The notes under the pieces are model-generated. The model was not told the DNA's origin, did no database searches, and worked only from the letters and a program-made list of their open reading frames with translations. Of a stretch of 64,000 bases of DNA, positions 26,617 to 36,794 are shown piece by piece. Positions within the stretch are counted from its first letter, which is position 1, and every line of letters starts with the position of its first letter. Location of the stretch: IMG/VR virus record IMGVR_UViG_3300017991_000001, positions 124,001 through 188,000 of that record; one strand, written 5' to 3'. The position numbers and the translations under genes were made by a program.

Positions 26617-28073
26617 TCAAGGTTATCCGTTCCGACAGCTACGACTTCGACATGCCCGCCGCGTCGCTGGTGCAGGTGTGGTCGCGCGGCATTGACCGCC
26701 ACTGGATCACCAAGCGCGCGGCGGTGCTCAACGACGTCGTGCGGGGCATTCAGCCCGAGAAGGGCTTCCAGTACATCCACCTGATCACCATGGGGGCGCA
26801 GGAGGCATACGGCCCCAACCGCAACGGGGACGGCTTCAACGAGAAGCGGGGCACCTTCGAGCTCCCGTACCCCAAGGACGGCGTGCCCGTCTACCACATG
26901 AGCGGTGGCCTGACCGAGCGGCACAACACCTTCACCAAGAACGCCCACGTCTTCGAGCACCACAAGAACAAGGACCCCAAGAAGGCCATCGGTTCGGTTC
27001 ACGCGGACGCCTACAACCCCGAGATGAAGCGGGGCGAGCTGATCGCGAAGGTGCCCGAGAACGACAACTGGCTGCCCCATCTGGAGAAGCTGGCCAACGG
27101 GGAAGATATTCCCTTCAGCATGGCGTGCAAAGTCCCCTATGACGTGTGCACGATCTGCGGGAACAAGGCCAAGTCCCGGGCGGAATACTGCAAGCACGCC
27201 TCCGACCACCTGACCGAGATCCTGAAGGAAGGCCACCAGTCCTTCGTGATCAACGACCAACCCAACTTCTTCGACATCTCGCGCGTCTTCCGGCCGGCCG
27301 ACCGCATCGCCTGGTCGCTCAGGAAAGTGGCCTCGGCGGGGGTCGTTTCGATCAAGTCGGGAGCCCAGTTGGCCGAGGAAGAGGGGCTGATGTTACCGGA
27401 GCGCTTCTGGGACGCGGACAGCCCCGATGCCTCGGCCAAGATCGCCGCCGCGAAGAAGCTGGCCGAGATTGAGAAACTAGTTGACGGATCGGCAAGGTCT
27501 GTGGACAATGCCGCCCGTTTGAAGGGGTTGGCTTGCGGGTGTCCATCCGAAAACCTTCCCCATGAAGCCATGGAGATCCTTCAGAAAGCGCAGCTCGGAC
27601 AGGCGCTACACGGACTGGCGGACGCCAAGATTTGCCTTTCCCTGGAGGACTTCATCAAGCTGGTATCGGGGTCAGAAGCGTGCGACTCCGCAGCCGGCGA
27701 CATCCCTGCCGCAATGGGGGTGCTGCCTGGTGTGTTCAGCCGACTCCTCCGTAATGGGGGAATTGAGGACTGCGCGACGGACTCGGCGTACGACCCGTCC
27801 CGCTCGGCGATACCCAGGTGCATCCGGGAGGCTTTAGCTCCACTGGCAGACGGACACTCGATGTCGGCCGGTCCAGCTACGCGGCGCATGCAAATCACCA
27901 TCATTCGCGCGACGCCCAAACCTTCCAAAGCACCCGTGAAACTCGCTTCCACCTCAAAGTCTGCTGAGCGCTTGGCCAGGGAGTACGCCAAGTACCAGCT
28001 TTCGTTCGTTGCAGCAGCGGGAAGGGACGACGAACTGGTTCACGGGCTGACGGTCCTGCGCAACCACACTTGA
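26613..28073 (+). CDS. Prohead (capsid maturation) protease with Zn-finger-like motif
   Basis: Upstream of scaffold and capsid genes; GPNRNGDGF, FEHHKNKD...IGSV (His), IPFSMACKVPYD (Ser), CTICGN...YCKH. Confidence 0.75.
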   Translation: MIKVIRSDSYDFDMPAASLVQVWSRGIDRHWITKRAAVLNDVVRGIQPEKGFQYIHLITMGAQEAYGPNRNGDGFNEKRGTFELPYPKDGVPVYHMSGGLTERHNTFTKNAHVFEHHKNKDPKKAIGSVHADAYNPEMKRGELIAKVPENDNWLPHLEKLANGEDIPFSMACKVPYDVCTICGNKAKSRAEYCKHASDHLTEILKEGHQSFVINDQPNFFDISRVFRPADRIAWSLRKVASAGVVSIKSGAQLAEEEGLMLPERFWDADSPDASAKIAAAKKLAEIEKLVDGSARSVDNAARLKGLACGCPSENLPHEAMEILQKAQLGQALHGLADAKICLSLEDFIKLVSGSEACDSAAGDIPAAMGVLPGVFSRLLRNGGIEDCATDSAYDPSRSAIPRCIREALAPLADGHSMSAGPATRRMQITIIRATPKPSKAPVKLASTSKSAERLAREYAKYQLSFVAAAGRDDELVHGLTVLRNHT

Positions 28074-28122
28074 AGACGCGGGACGTTTTTACAGTCATCA
28101 CAGTCCTCTAGGAGGCAGACGG

Positions 28123-29394
28123 ATGAGCAATCAGAGTCTCATGGCCATGATGGACACGCTCCTCAAGCAGGCCAATGACGTGGAAAAGGAAGCGCTTTCC
28201 GACGTCTCGGGCCCCGAACCGACGACCCATCCGGTCATGTCGGCCGACGATGGCACGCAGGCTGCCACCGAGGGGGCGAGAAGTTCCGAGAACGAAAGCG
28301 ACGCTCGCGAGGAACACGGCGACCTGGCCGTCACCGGACAGGAGGACGCCGAGAGTGCCGAGGCCGGTGAGAAGGACGAAGCCGACAGTATCGGCACCGA
28401 GACATCAGATTCGGACGAGATGCGAGGGAACGTGGAGCAGCCCAAGGCCACGAAGGACGCCCCGCCGGACAGCGGCCCGGGCGACCACACCTTCTCCGAG
28501 AAGTACTCCGCCGCGGCCATCGTGGATTCGGGCAACAAGCTGCTCGCCGCGCTGGGCAACCTCACCGGACAGCACAAGCAGGCCGATGAGAAGAAGGAAG
28601 GCGAGGAGAAGAAGGACAAGAAGAAGGATGAGAAGGGCGAAGCGTGTGACGACGGAGAGAACTGCGACAAGAGCGCTTCCGAACAGGAAAAGCGCGCCGC
28701 GGCCGAGAAGTATCAGGAGGACGCGGAAGCAGGGTACGTCGCCGCCCAAATGATCGCCGAGCAGCTGATGAGCAAGCAGGCTGAGGAGGAAGAGCTCGTC
28801 AAGCTGGCGGAGAACATCATCAAGACCGCGCACGCTGACGCGGATCTCCTCTGCGAATTCCTGGACAGCCACGAGAAGGGTGTCAAGGGCCTGGAGGCCG
28901 TCAAGAAGGCGTCTCTCAAGAAGAAGGCGCAGCCTCCCATGGGCGCGCTGCCTGCCATGGGTGGCGGCGGTGAGCTTGGCCCCGAAGCCGGCGGCATGAT
29001 CCCCCCGGAAGCACTGGCGGCGGGCGCTCCCCCCGAGGAGCTTCCTCCCGAAGCGGGCATGGAAGGCGCGCCCGGTGACGAAGAGGCGGCGATCGACGCC
29101 CTGGCCGATGCACTGGCCGAAGCGGGCGTGACCCCGGAAGAGCTGGCTGAAACCATCGCCGAGGCGGGTGGTGAAGGCGAAGTCGCACCCGAAGGCCTCG
29201 AAGAGGGCATGGAGGAAGAGGCCCCCGCAGAGGTGCCCGGAGAGGTCGTTGAAGACGCAGCCGAAGGGGCTGCCGAGGGTGCTGCTGAAGGCGCCACCGA
29301 GGGAACCGAAGAGGCGGAGGAGGAGGCGCCCAAGGCTGCCTCTATGAGCAAGCAGAGCATCAAGGAGGCTTTGCTGAACATCGCACGGGGCTAA
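28123..29394 (+). CDS. Capsid scaffolding protein
   Basis: Very acidic, low complexity, between protease and capsid genes; about ten K-x-A motifs. Confidence 0.7.
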   Translation: MSNQSLMAMMDTLLKQANDVEKEALSDVSGPEPTTHPVMSADDGTQAATEGARSSENESDAREEHGDLAVTGQEDAESAEAGEKDEADSIGTETSDSDEMRGNVEQPKATKDAPPDSGPGDHTFSEKYSAAAIVDSGNKLLAALGNLTGQHKQADEKKEGEEKKDKKKDEKGEACDDGENCDKSASEQEKRAAAEKYQEDAEAGYVAAQMIAEQLMSKQAEEEELVKLAENIIKTAHADADLLCEFLDSHEKGVKGLEAVKKASLKKKAQPPMGALPAMGGGGELGPEAGGMIPPEALAAGAPPEELPPEAGMEGAPGDEEAAIDALADALAEAGVTPEELAETIAEAGGEGEVAPEGLEEGMEEEAPAEVPGEVVEDAAEGAAEGAAEGATEGTEEAEEEAPKAASMSKQSIKEALLNIARG

Positions 29395-29443
29395 ACAAGC
29401 CGATTGTCGTTCGCGAGTCTGCAAGGATCAAGGAGATAGGACA

Positions 29444-29827
29444 ATGGCGAAGGTCGAAGTCGATACCAAGGTCCTCGAAGCTGTGGTGGACTATGTCGAG
29501 CAGGCGACCGGCTACGCTCAGAAGCAGGCGGAGATTGAAAAAGCCGTCGCGGAGCGGGGCCCCGAGGTTGTCGATGCGCTCATCAAGGCAGGGTTCGTCA
29601 CCGAGGACAAACGCGAGTCGGCCATCCGAGCAACCAGTGACCCGAGGAAGGTGCTCGAGTCGCTGGAGAAGACGGCGAAGCTCAAGGCCGGACGCAAGAG
29701 CGCGTCAGCGCCGGAACCGTTGGGTACCGGTGAAGACGTCAAGGAAGCTGGCGTGCAAAGGCCGGGGGACACGTCTCCCGCGATGGCCGCCGCCAACGAC
29801 AGGTTCATGCGCGCAATAGGCTTCTGA
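29444..29827 (+). CDS. Small helical head assembly protein
   Basis: RBS AAGGAG; QKQA, EKTA, RKSA, VKEA. Confidence 0.6.
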   Translation: MAKVEVDTKVLEAVVDYVEQATGYAQKQAEIEKAVAERGPEVVDALIKAGFVTEDKRESAIRATSDPRKVLESLEKTAKLKAGRKSASAPEPLGTGEDVKEAGVQRPGDTSPAMAAANDRFMRAIGF

Positions 29828-29895
29828 GAGAGGTCCGCGCTCAAACGGCGTTAGAGACAGTGACAGGAAACCTCAGGATTTAGGAGGAGACCAAG

Positions 29896-30402
29896 ATGCC
29901 GGGCACCAACGTTCCTGGACAGATGTACGACCACGAGCTCAATCCCGTAAAAGGGTGGCCGAGCCCGTACGCGGTCGACAAGATCGCCGAGATCGCTTCA
30001 GGCGTCGAGGGTATCCTCGGCGGCATGGTGATCTCACTGGATGCCAACGGAAAGTTCATTCGGGGCGCCGACGGCTCGGCCATGCCGTGCTTCGCGTTTC
30101 CGAACGCGTCGGACTTCGATGTGCTGTCCGATCGCGGGAACATTTCCGGCGGAAACATGATGGGCCTCGTGGCCGTTGGCGCCTACGAACTCGAGAGTAC
30201 CGAGTACATGGGCTCCGGCTTCGCGGTCAACACGCCGCTGACCGCGCACAACGTTGCCGGTGACGATCAGGGCAAACTCAAGGTTACGACCTTGGGCAGC
30301 TCCGACCTCATCGTTGGCGTCTGCAACCGCGGCCCGACGGCGAACGAGTACAACAAGGAGATGGTCCGCTTCTGGCCTGTCTATCTGCCCAAGCGTGCGT
30401 AA
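29896..30402 (+). CDS. Head decoration/cement-like protein
   Basis: RBS AGGAGGAG; Gly-rich beta-type 168-aa protein just upstream of the capsid gene. Confidence 0.55.
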   Translation: MPGTNVPGQMYDHELNPVKGWPSPYAVDKIAEIASGVEGILGGMVISLDANGKFIRGADGSAMPCFAFPNASDFDVLSDRGNISGGNMMGLVAVGAYELESTEYMGSGFAVNTPLTAHNVAGDDQGKLKVTTLGSSDLIVGVCNRGPTANEYNKEMVRFWPVYLPKRA

Positions 30403-30440
30403 GCGCTTCACCCTGAACATCCGTTTGGAGGTGAGGGCTG

Positions 30441-30821
30441 ATGGACAAAAAGTGTGCAGCGTACCTGATCAAGGAGGCGACCCGGCCATACGCCCGGGGT
30501 AGCTCCGGGGGTCGAGTCATCCCCGTGCCAGGTATGCAGGAGGCCGTCGCTGCAGCCACCCGGCAGGGTATCGGCAGGAAGACGCCCCCTGCGGGCGGCG
30601 GAGGAGGAGGTGGCGGCTTTCTGGCCCCCTTCCGCCGGATGGGTTGGCGGCGGGGCTTGCGAGCGGCCGGCATCGGAGGCGGTATCGGTGCCCTCCTTTG
30701 GGGCTTGGGCCATCTGTGGGCGAACAAGAATCGCCCCAGCGTGTCCGAGAACGTCACGCAAAACCTCAACGCGAGGATGCGTGGAGCTGGAGAAGAAGGC
30801 ATTTACATGAAACCTCAGTAA
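30441..30821 (+). CDS. Inserted small protein with AYLIKEA leader and TM-like helix
   Basis: MDKKCAAYLIKEAT; AAGIGGGIGALLWGLGHLW. Confidence 0.65.
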   Translation: MDKKCAAYLIKEATRPYARGSSGGRVIPVPGMQEAVAAATRQGIGRKTPPAGGGGGGGGFLAPFRRMGWRRGLRAAGIGGGIGALLWGLGHLWANKNRPSVSENVTQNLNARMRGAGEEGIYMKPQ

Positions 30822-30887
30822 TTGGTGCGGGCAGCTGCCAAGAGCGCATCCCGCGAGACGTAAGGCCAATTGATAAGGAGACAGGCC

Positions 30888-31835
30888 GTGGCTAACCCAA
30901 CTGCGAGCGAGCCGACCTCTCGGATGGTCAACGATGCATTCATCGATCAGTTGGCCAGCGGGAACGACCGGATCGTGAAGGAAGCCCAGGACGCGATCAA
31001 CGATTACGTCCGGGTAAGGATGCGTGAAGATGGCTTCTGGCGGAGAATCCTCCCGCCGGTGACCATCACCAACGACGAGCTGGATCGGCAGGTGGACACC
31101 GACAAGCCCGTCAAGGTGGTCGACAAGGAACCTGAGAGCCCTGCGGCGATCAGCGTGCCTTTTGCCTCGCTGCCCATGAACCGGTACATCCGCGGGCCCC
31201 GGTTCCGCGTGATGTTCGACCGCATCCTGACGCCCAAGTTCACGAAGGACGTGGACGAGCTCAGGACCTACGACATGGACATCCGGCAGATCCTGTCGGA
31301 CAACTCCATCAAGGACATGCTGGCCGAAGAAGACGGCAAGGCGATTGCCACCGTCAACTTCCTGCTCCTCGGCGTCAACACGCCCCTGGCCGAGACGGGC
31401 GTCGCGCAGTGGGTTGCCATCTCCGGTGGCGTCACCCGCGACAACCTGGCTGAAGCCATGAAGGTGCTCCCCCGCACCCCGAACCACCTGAACGTGGCCA
31501 CGGTGTTGGTCAACAACGTCACCATCTGGGACGTTGTCAAGTTCGGGCGCGACGAGGTCGGTGGTGACCTGTCCCAGGACCTGTTCGAGAACGGGTTCGC
31601 GGAGCGGGAGCTGCTCGGCCGGCGCTGGATCGTCACGATCAAGCGGGACCTGGTGCCTGACAGCACCATCTTCCTGTTTGCCGCGCCGAAGTTCCTCGGC
31701 AAGTTCTTCGTGCTCGAGGACACGACGATGTACATTGATCGCCGTGCCTTCATGCTCGAGTTCTTCGCGTACGAGAGCATTGGCTCCTCGATCGCGAACG
31801 TGGCCGGCATCGGGCGTGTCGACTTCGAGCCCTAA
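30888..31835 (+). CDS. Major capsid protein (HK97-like)
   Basis: RBS TAAGGAG plus GTG; ~315 aa; REDGFWRRILPP, TPKFTKDVDELRTYDMDI, DMLAEED; follows protease and scaffold. Confidence 0.8.
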   Translation: MANPTASEPTSRMVNDAFIDQLASGNDRIVKEAQDAINDYVRVRMREDGFWRRILPPVTITNDELDRQVDTDKPVKVVDKEPESPAAISVPFASLPMNRYIRGPRFRVMFDRILTPKFTKDVDELRTYDMDIRQILSDNSIKDMLAEEDGKAIATVNFLLLGVNTPLAETGVAQWVAISGGVTRDNLAEAMKVLPRTPNHLNVATVLVNNVTIWDVVKFGRDEVGGDLSQDLFENGFAERELLGRRWIVTIKRDLVPDSTIFLFAAPKFLGKFFVLEDTTMYIDRRAFMLEFFAYESIGSSIANVAGIGRVDFEP

Positions 31836-31934
31836 GCTCGCGCCGTAGGTCTGTGTGTAGCAGGCTTGCACCCTAACCCGGGCGGTCGGTGATCCGGCCG
31901 CCCCTATGCAAAACGAGCACTCGAGGAGAGTCCG

Positions 31935-32267
31935 ATGAGTCAGGAAATGACCCAGGAGGACGCGGCGCTGTTCGAGAACGTGTACGCGCCCGCCTTCGCC
32001 CAGAAGATGGCCTCCAACGGCCGCCCGCTCCACGACGACGAGTCGATGGAGCACGCGCTGGAGCTGACGGCGCGGGTGAAGCAGGAGGTGCAGTCTTCCG
32101 ACGCCAACTCGATCAAGGAAGCCAACCTGGCTTTCCGCAAGGCGACCGGCGCGGACGAGCGCGATGCCGAAGAGGCTCGCGAGACCAGCACCAAGGAGGC
32201 TGCCCGCAAGCTGGCGGCCGACCCCGGCTTCAGGCAGATGCTGGAAGCGGCGCGCAGCGCCCAGTAG
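31935..32267 (+). CDS. Small acidic helical head-module protein
   Basis: RBS GAGGAG; IKEA, TKEAA. Confidence 0.65.
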   Translation: MSQEMTQEDAALFENVYAPAFAQKMASNGRPLHDDESMEHALELTARVKQEVQSSDANSIKEANLAFRKATGADERDAEEARETSTKEAARKLAADPGFRQMLEAARSAQ

Positions 32268-32302
32268 GGATCGTTATCCTTCACACGCGGTGAGGTAATC
32301 CC

Positions 32303-32767
32303 ATGCCGGGTAAGCGTGGAATCGGTGAGGCGGACTTCGTAACGCCCCGCCAGGTATACCGGGAGGATGTCGATGCCGTCGACAGTGGCGGCGTCACGGA
32401 CACGGACATCCCCATCCTGGACAGCCGCGAGCTGGCGACTCAGCGACAGGGGTTGGGTCAGGGCGACGTGGCGCAGTACGGGCGCAACGCGCAGTTGAAC
32501 CTGGCTTGCATCCCTGAAGGTTTTTCCAGCGTCACGATGCAGTTGTGGCTCTGGGCCGACGTGGAGGAGCCGCTCGAACCGGGTACCTCTTCCTCTTCGT
32601 ACGGCGTGCTGCCGACCACGGAGGAGTGGGTACAGGTCGAGGAAAAGACGATCACGGGACCGGAGTTGTGGGTTGTCAAAGACGTTCCTCCGGGGCAATA
32701 TAAGGTTATCGTCACGGCCAAGACAGGCAGTGGCCATCTTCAGATCCGCGAGCAACACGCAGCGTAA
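32303..32767 (+). CDS. Putative virion structural protein
   Basis: RBS GAGGT; beta-rich with a Ser tract. Confidence 0.6.
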   Translation: MPGKRGIGEADFVTPRQVYREDVDAVDSGGVTDTDIPILDSRELATQRQGLGQGDVAQYGRNAQLNLACIPEGFSSVTMQLWLWADVEEPLEPGTSSSSYGVLPTTEEWVQVEEKTITGPELWVVKDVPPGQYKVIVTAKTGSGHLQIREQHAA

Positions 32768-32781
32768 GGAGTGAGGAGAAC

Positions 32782-33027
32782 ATGAGAACGACCATCACTA
32801 ACACTTCGGGCGCGGAAAAGACCTTCGGGTGGATTCCTCCGCACGGGCACACCTTGGCGAACGGAGCATCCGTCGTCATTGAGGGCGACCTGCGCACGAT
32901 CCTGGGAGGCGGCCGTGGTCGATACTCCAGGGGTCAGGAGCTTGCGGGCCTCAACGACGCGGTCACCCGCGGCCAAGTGACGGAAGAGGAGACCGTCGGT
33001 CCGTCCAGCTCTTCGAGCAGCGCCTAA
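32782..33027 (+). CDS. Small putative structural protein
   Basis: RBS GAGGAG; ends GPSSSSSA. Confidence 0.6.
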   Translation: MRTTITNTSGAEKTFGWIPPHGHTLANGASVVIEGDLRTILGGGRGRYSRGQELAGLNDAVTRGQVTEEETVGPSSSSSSA

Positions 33028-33069
33028 CCGCCGCCCGGCGGCGGTTTGCCGCGATACGGCGAATGAACC

Positions 33070-33106
33070 GCCGCCCGGCTATGTGTACATGGCCGGGCGG
33101 CTTTTT
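33070..33106 (+). terminator. Intrinsic terminator
   Basis: GCCGCCCGGCTATG-tgta-CATGGCCGGGCGGC followed by TTTTT. Confidence 0.75.
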
Positions 33107-33127
33107 CATTAGGAGAGGGACGCACAG

Positions 33128-34051
33128 ATGGCATTCGCGAACGAATGCATTGACGCTCAGGGGGTCTGCCCCAACCGCATCCCGTTCCTGGTGACCGGGC
33201 AGTGCGCCGTGGAGTCGCTGTACATCACCATCAAGGACATCAACAGCGGCGAGCCCATCGACCTGACTCAGTACGGGATCTTCTCCTCGTCGGACCCGAG
33301 CAGCTCATCGTCCTCGTCTTCCTCCAGCTTCTTCAGCAGCAGCTCCTCCTCGGGGGGCGACGACCCGGAGGACGGAGTCGAGTTCGTGGCCAAGGAGCTG
33401 CCTAAAACGCCCACGTACCTCTTCAAGAAGTACGGCGTCGTGGAGAGCGAGGAGGACGCGCGGAACGGTCGGGTGCGCCTGGACGTGACGGCCGAGGACA
33501 CGGCCCGCGCGGGGATCTGGTCCGCGATGGCCGGCGTCTGGTACAACGGCTACATACGCAAGCTGATGCCGTTCTACTACGAGGTCCAGCCCAACCTGCT
33601 GGCCGACTACTGGAACGGCCCCCTGACGACCTACCAGCTGCGCCTGTACCTGCGGGACAAGTGCGCTGAAGACAACTTCCTGCTCGACGACACGGAGTTC
33701 AAGCAGGAAGAGCTGCACGCGATGATGATCAAGGTGATCGACGAGTGGAACGAGGAGCCGCCGCCCGGCTTCGAGTCCAACCCGGTCGACTTCCCCTACC
33801 GTCACAACTGGGCCGAGGCGGTCATAGGCGAGCTGTTCACCATGGCGGCCTACCAGCTGCGCCGGAACAAGCTGGACTACACCGCCGGCGGGGTGCAGGT
33901 GGACGACGAGGCCCGCTGGGAGATGTACCTGGCCCGCGCGAAGGAACTCAAGTCGGAGTGGAAGGCGTTCATCATCCGCAAGAAGATCGAGCTGAACATT
34001 GAGGGTGGTTTCCAGAGCCTGGGAGGGTATCGGCACACGATACCGCGATAG
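33128..34051 (+). CDS. Head-tail connector/neck-like protein with poly-Ser tract
   Basis: After capsid genes; C-terminal LRLYLRD...NFLLDD...YTAGGVQVDD resembles head-completion proteins. Confidence 0.55.
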   Translation: MAFANECIDAQGVCPNRIPFLVTGQCAVESLYITIKDINSGEPIDLTQYGIFSSSDPSSSSSSSSSSFFSSSSSSGGDDPEDGVEFVAKELPKTPTYLFKKYGVVESEEDARNGRVRLDVTAEDTARAGIWSAMAGVWYNGYIRKLMPFYYEVQPNLLADYWNGPLTTYQLRLYLRDKCAEDNFLLDDTEFKQEELHAMMIKVIDEWNEEPPPGFESNPVDFPYRHNWAEAVIGELFTMAAYQLRRNKLDYTAGGVQVDDEARWEMYLARAKELKSEWKAFIIRKKIELNIEGGFQSLGGYRHTIPR

Positions 34052-34053
34052 TC

Positions 34054-34656
34054 ATGGAAAAAGAAGCCGTCGGGCCCGTTGCCGGGGCCCTTGGAAAGGC
34101 CTGGGGCATCGGTAAGGTTCTGCTGGGTTTCGGGGACAAGATGCCGAAGTGGTTGTGGCCCCTCTTCGGCATCGCCGCGGCGTCACCCGTCGTGGGCTAC
34201 GCCCTTGAGAGCCGGCGCGAGAAGTCCAAGCGCACCGACGAGATCAGGCGCCGCATGAACGTGATGCGGCAGCTGCCGGGCGGGGAGGCGCTCCCGATGA
34301 ACTTCGGGGAGACGCAGCCCCTGCAGGCCAAGCGAACGTCGGAGGAGGGGTACCTGCCCTTCCCGCTGCCCCCGAAGCAGGAGTCCATCCTGTCCAAGTT
34401 CGGGGAGGCGCGGGTCGTCGTGGCACGTTCGCTGGGACGGCCCGAGATCAAGGAGTCGGGGCTCAACGAGCTGGGGATCATGTTGCAGCAGGCCAAGAAC
34501 AGGGCCAAGCAGAAGAGCCCGGCGAGCACGCTGAACGAGGGCGTGGACACCGAGCCGAAGGGCGAGAAGCCCGAAGAGAAGCGCGAGCAGCAGGGTGAGG
34601 CTAGGCCTGCAGCCGACTACGCCAGCGTGGGCGGCGGCATGGCGCACGGAGTGTGA
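34054..34656 (+). CDS. Putative virion protein with N-terminal membrane-like segments
   Basis: MEKEA then VGPVAGALGKAWGIG...WLWPLFGIAAA. Confidence 0.6.
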   Translation: MEKEAVGPVAGALGKAWGIGKVLLGFGDKMPKWLWPLFGIAAASPVVGYALESRREKSKRTDEIRRRMNVMRQLPGGEALPMNFGETQPLQAKRTSEEGYLPFPLPPKQESILSKFGEARVVVARSLGRPEIKESGLNELGIMLQQAKNRAKQKSPASTLNEGVDTEPKGEKPEEKREQQGEARPAADYASVGGGMAHGV

Positions 34657-34657
34657 G

Positions 34658-35794
34658 ATGAATCACCGGGCTTACTTGTTTAAGGAAGCAGCCAAGTGGT
34701 CTCGCCGCTTGATGGGTATGCTACGTTCTGCGACCCCCAAGAGGCGTAAACGCTTACTTAATCAATTCTACGAAGGTCATCTTCCTGAAAAGGGAATGGT
34801 GAGTCGGTATGGCTTAGAGGACGATCTAAGGGAGATGCAAACGTATAGTAGAGCACTGGAAAGGGCCGAGGATGCTTCAGAAGCGATGTCAGGATTGAAA
34901 CAGCGTATGATAGAAAGAAAGATCCCTGTTCCGAAAACTGCCCCCACTCCAAAGGGCTTTCGTGACTATGGGTATGGTATGTCAGGTGCACGCACCATCG
35001 CTTCCGACCTGACAGAAGTGTTCCCTAAAGCAAAGAGATCAAAGATAAAAGGCATTGTGAAAAGAAGTCCGGCCGCTTTGTACAAATACCTGGCAAGTCA
35101 AGTTAGCGCTTATCCAATGAGTCCTGAAAGACGGTGGGGTGCCAATAGTCTACTGGAAAAGTGGCTTGTGTCGGGCAAAGGGAAAGCATTCAAACCACGT
35201 CCACCGCATAAGTATATGAAGACGCATAAGACAAAAGGGGGCAAAGTTGTCACGGAGGAATATAAGAAAAAGCAACCCGAGTATCAGCCCGAAGCACACG
35301 TCTGGAGAGGCTATGGTTCGGACCGTCCTCTGCTTGCTCGTACAAGCGATGTTTTTGTTTCACCACACCCGCAAGTGGCAACAAGTTTTGGTGACCTCGT
35401 GGCCCGCATCCCTTTATCCCGATACGGCAACGTAAAGTATAGCCCGGACGTGGGGCTGAAATTTGAAGGTGCTGTTTCCTCTGGGTATAAGTGGCGTAAG
35501 AAGCGCCTTGCAAAGATCAAAAAAAGAATGTTGAAGGGGAAAGGATACAAGAAGTTCATCTACCCCGGAATGAACGCTCCCCTTCGAGATTATGAAACCG
35601 TTTTACCGACAGTGGGACCAAAGGACATCGGGGAGCTGTACAGCAGCCATGACTACAAACTGCACCCGCTTCGTTTGAAACTGCCGAAAAGGATGCAGAC
35701 TGCAGGCAAGCGGACAGTACCGGCTACTGGCGAGAATCTGCTTTCACATCCCGTTACGAAGTCATTGTCTGAATTTGTAACACCAATCATGTAG
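34658..35794 (+). CDS. Low-GC basic protein with AYLFKEA leader; possible ADP-ribosyltransferase-like C-terminal domain
   Basis: MNHRAYLFKEAA; markedly lower GC; HVWRG...VFVSPHPQVATSFG. Confidence 0.65.
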   Translation: MNHRAYLFKEAAKWSRRLMGMLRSATPKRRKRLLNQFYEGHLPEKGMVSRYGLEDDLREMQTYSRALERAEDASEAMSGLKQRMIERKIPVPKTAPTPKGFRDYGYGMSGARTIASDLTEVFPKAKRSKIKGIVKRSPAALYKYLASQVSAYPMSPERRWGANSLLEKWLVSGKGKAFKPRPPHKYMKTHKTKGGKVVTEEYKKKQPEYQPEAHVWRGYGSDRPLLARTSDVFVSPHPQVATSFGDLVARIPLSRYGNVKYSPDVGLKFEGAVSSGYKWRKKRLAKIKKRMLKGKGYKKFIYPGMNAPLRDYETVLPTVGPKDIGELYSSHDYKLHPLRLKLPKRMQTAGKRTVPATGENLLSHPVTKSLSEFVTPIM

Positions 35795-35803
35795 AGGAAA
35801 AAC

Positions 35804-36781
35804 ATGACAGACGTGCCGGTCCTACAGGGTTACGACATCTCGGCCATCGACTGCGATGTGTTCGAGCGTATCCAGATCCAGACCAACCCTCTGGGCGGCA
35901 ACGTCATTGCGTGGGGCCTGCAGCAGGGCTTCAATCAACCCGGTCCCTATCACTTCTACGTGGACTTCGGCCGCTCCGGCACCAACGAGTGGGAGGTCCT
36001 CAACCAGACCCCCGTCGTGGACGACTGCTTCTTCGTGGACCCCTGCCAGCGCCACTGGGACACGCTGGTCGACTACTTCTACAGGGTTCGCCTGGTGCTG
36101 CCCAGCGTCAAGGACGACGCCGGCAACTGTGTAGCCTACGTCTCCCAGCCCCAGCAGGCCAACGGGCTGTGGAACAAGAAGGACTGGCTGAAGGCGCGCT
36201 ACATCATCCGCCAGGAACTGAAGTTGCAGGACAAGGCCACCACCCAGACGTCGAAGGGTGTGCTGCTCAAGCGCCGGCGCTACGGCGAGCAGTCGGTGAC
36301 GACCACCACCTGGGACGTCGGCGAGATCCAGCACACCGGTTCCACGGTGGATTACGGGACCGGCATCGTGGGCGGGTACTTCCGGGCCATCGATTACCGG
36401 ATCACCTTTGACACGCCCTGGCGGCGCGAGTTCGGGCGCGACAACCCCACCAAGGGCACCACGCACGAGATCAAGCGCTCCGGGCGGGCCATCGCCTACC
36501 CCTACGTTGAACACGACGATGTGTTCCATCGGCTGGACAGCGGAGAGCGCTTTGTCATCAAGGCGGTGGAGACCGTCGCCGAGATCGGCAACATCCCGAT
36601 CATCGTGAAGCTCGAGTTGAGCCTTGCCCCAACGACCGCTGAGATTTATAAGATACCCCTTTCAGGGGGTTCCTCGTCCGCCGCGCCTGAGTCGTCGGAC
36701 AGTTCGGAGTCAAGCCCAAGCGGCGTCGAACCCGAGAGCTGCGGCCCCACGGCCCGCATCGATGACGCCGGAGAGTGGTAA
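35804..36781 (+). CDS. Neck/head-closure-like structural protein
   Basis: RBS AGAGGA; N-terminal FN3/Ig-like segment ending YFYRVRL; position before the tail terminator. Confidence 0.5.
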   Translation: MTDVPVLQGYDISAIDCDVFERIQIQTNPLGGNVIAWGLQQGFNQPGPYHFYVDFGRSGTNEWEVLNQTPVVDDCFFVDPCQRHWDTLVDYFYRVRLVLPSVKDDAGNCVAYVSQPQQANGLWNKKDWLKARYIIRQELKLQDKATTQTSKGVLLKRRRYGEQSVTTTTWDVGEIQHTGSTVDYGTGIVGGYFRAIDYRITFDTPWRREFGRDNPTKGTTHEIKRSGRAIAYPYVEHDDVFHRLDSGERFVIKAVETVAEIGNIPIIVKLELSLAPTTAEIYKIPLSGGSSSAAPESSDSSESSPSGVEPESCGPTARIDDAGEW

Positions 36782-36794
36782 AAGGAGACACACA

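Noticed and set aside
29867-30818. GAAACCTCAG repeated upstream of the decoration and capsid genes as a phage promoter
   Set aside because: Only two copies of a 10-mer, one inside a coding end; chance cannot be excluded without start-site data
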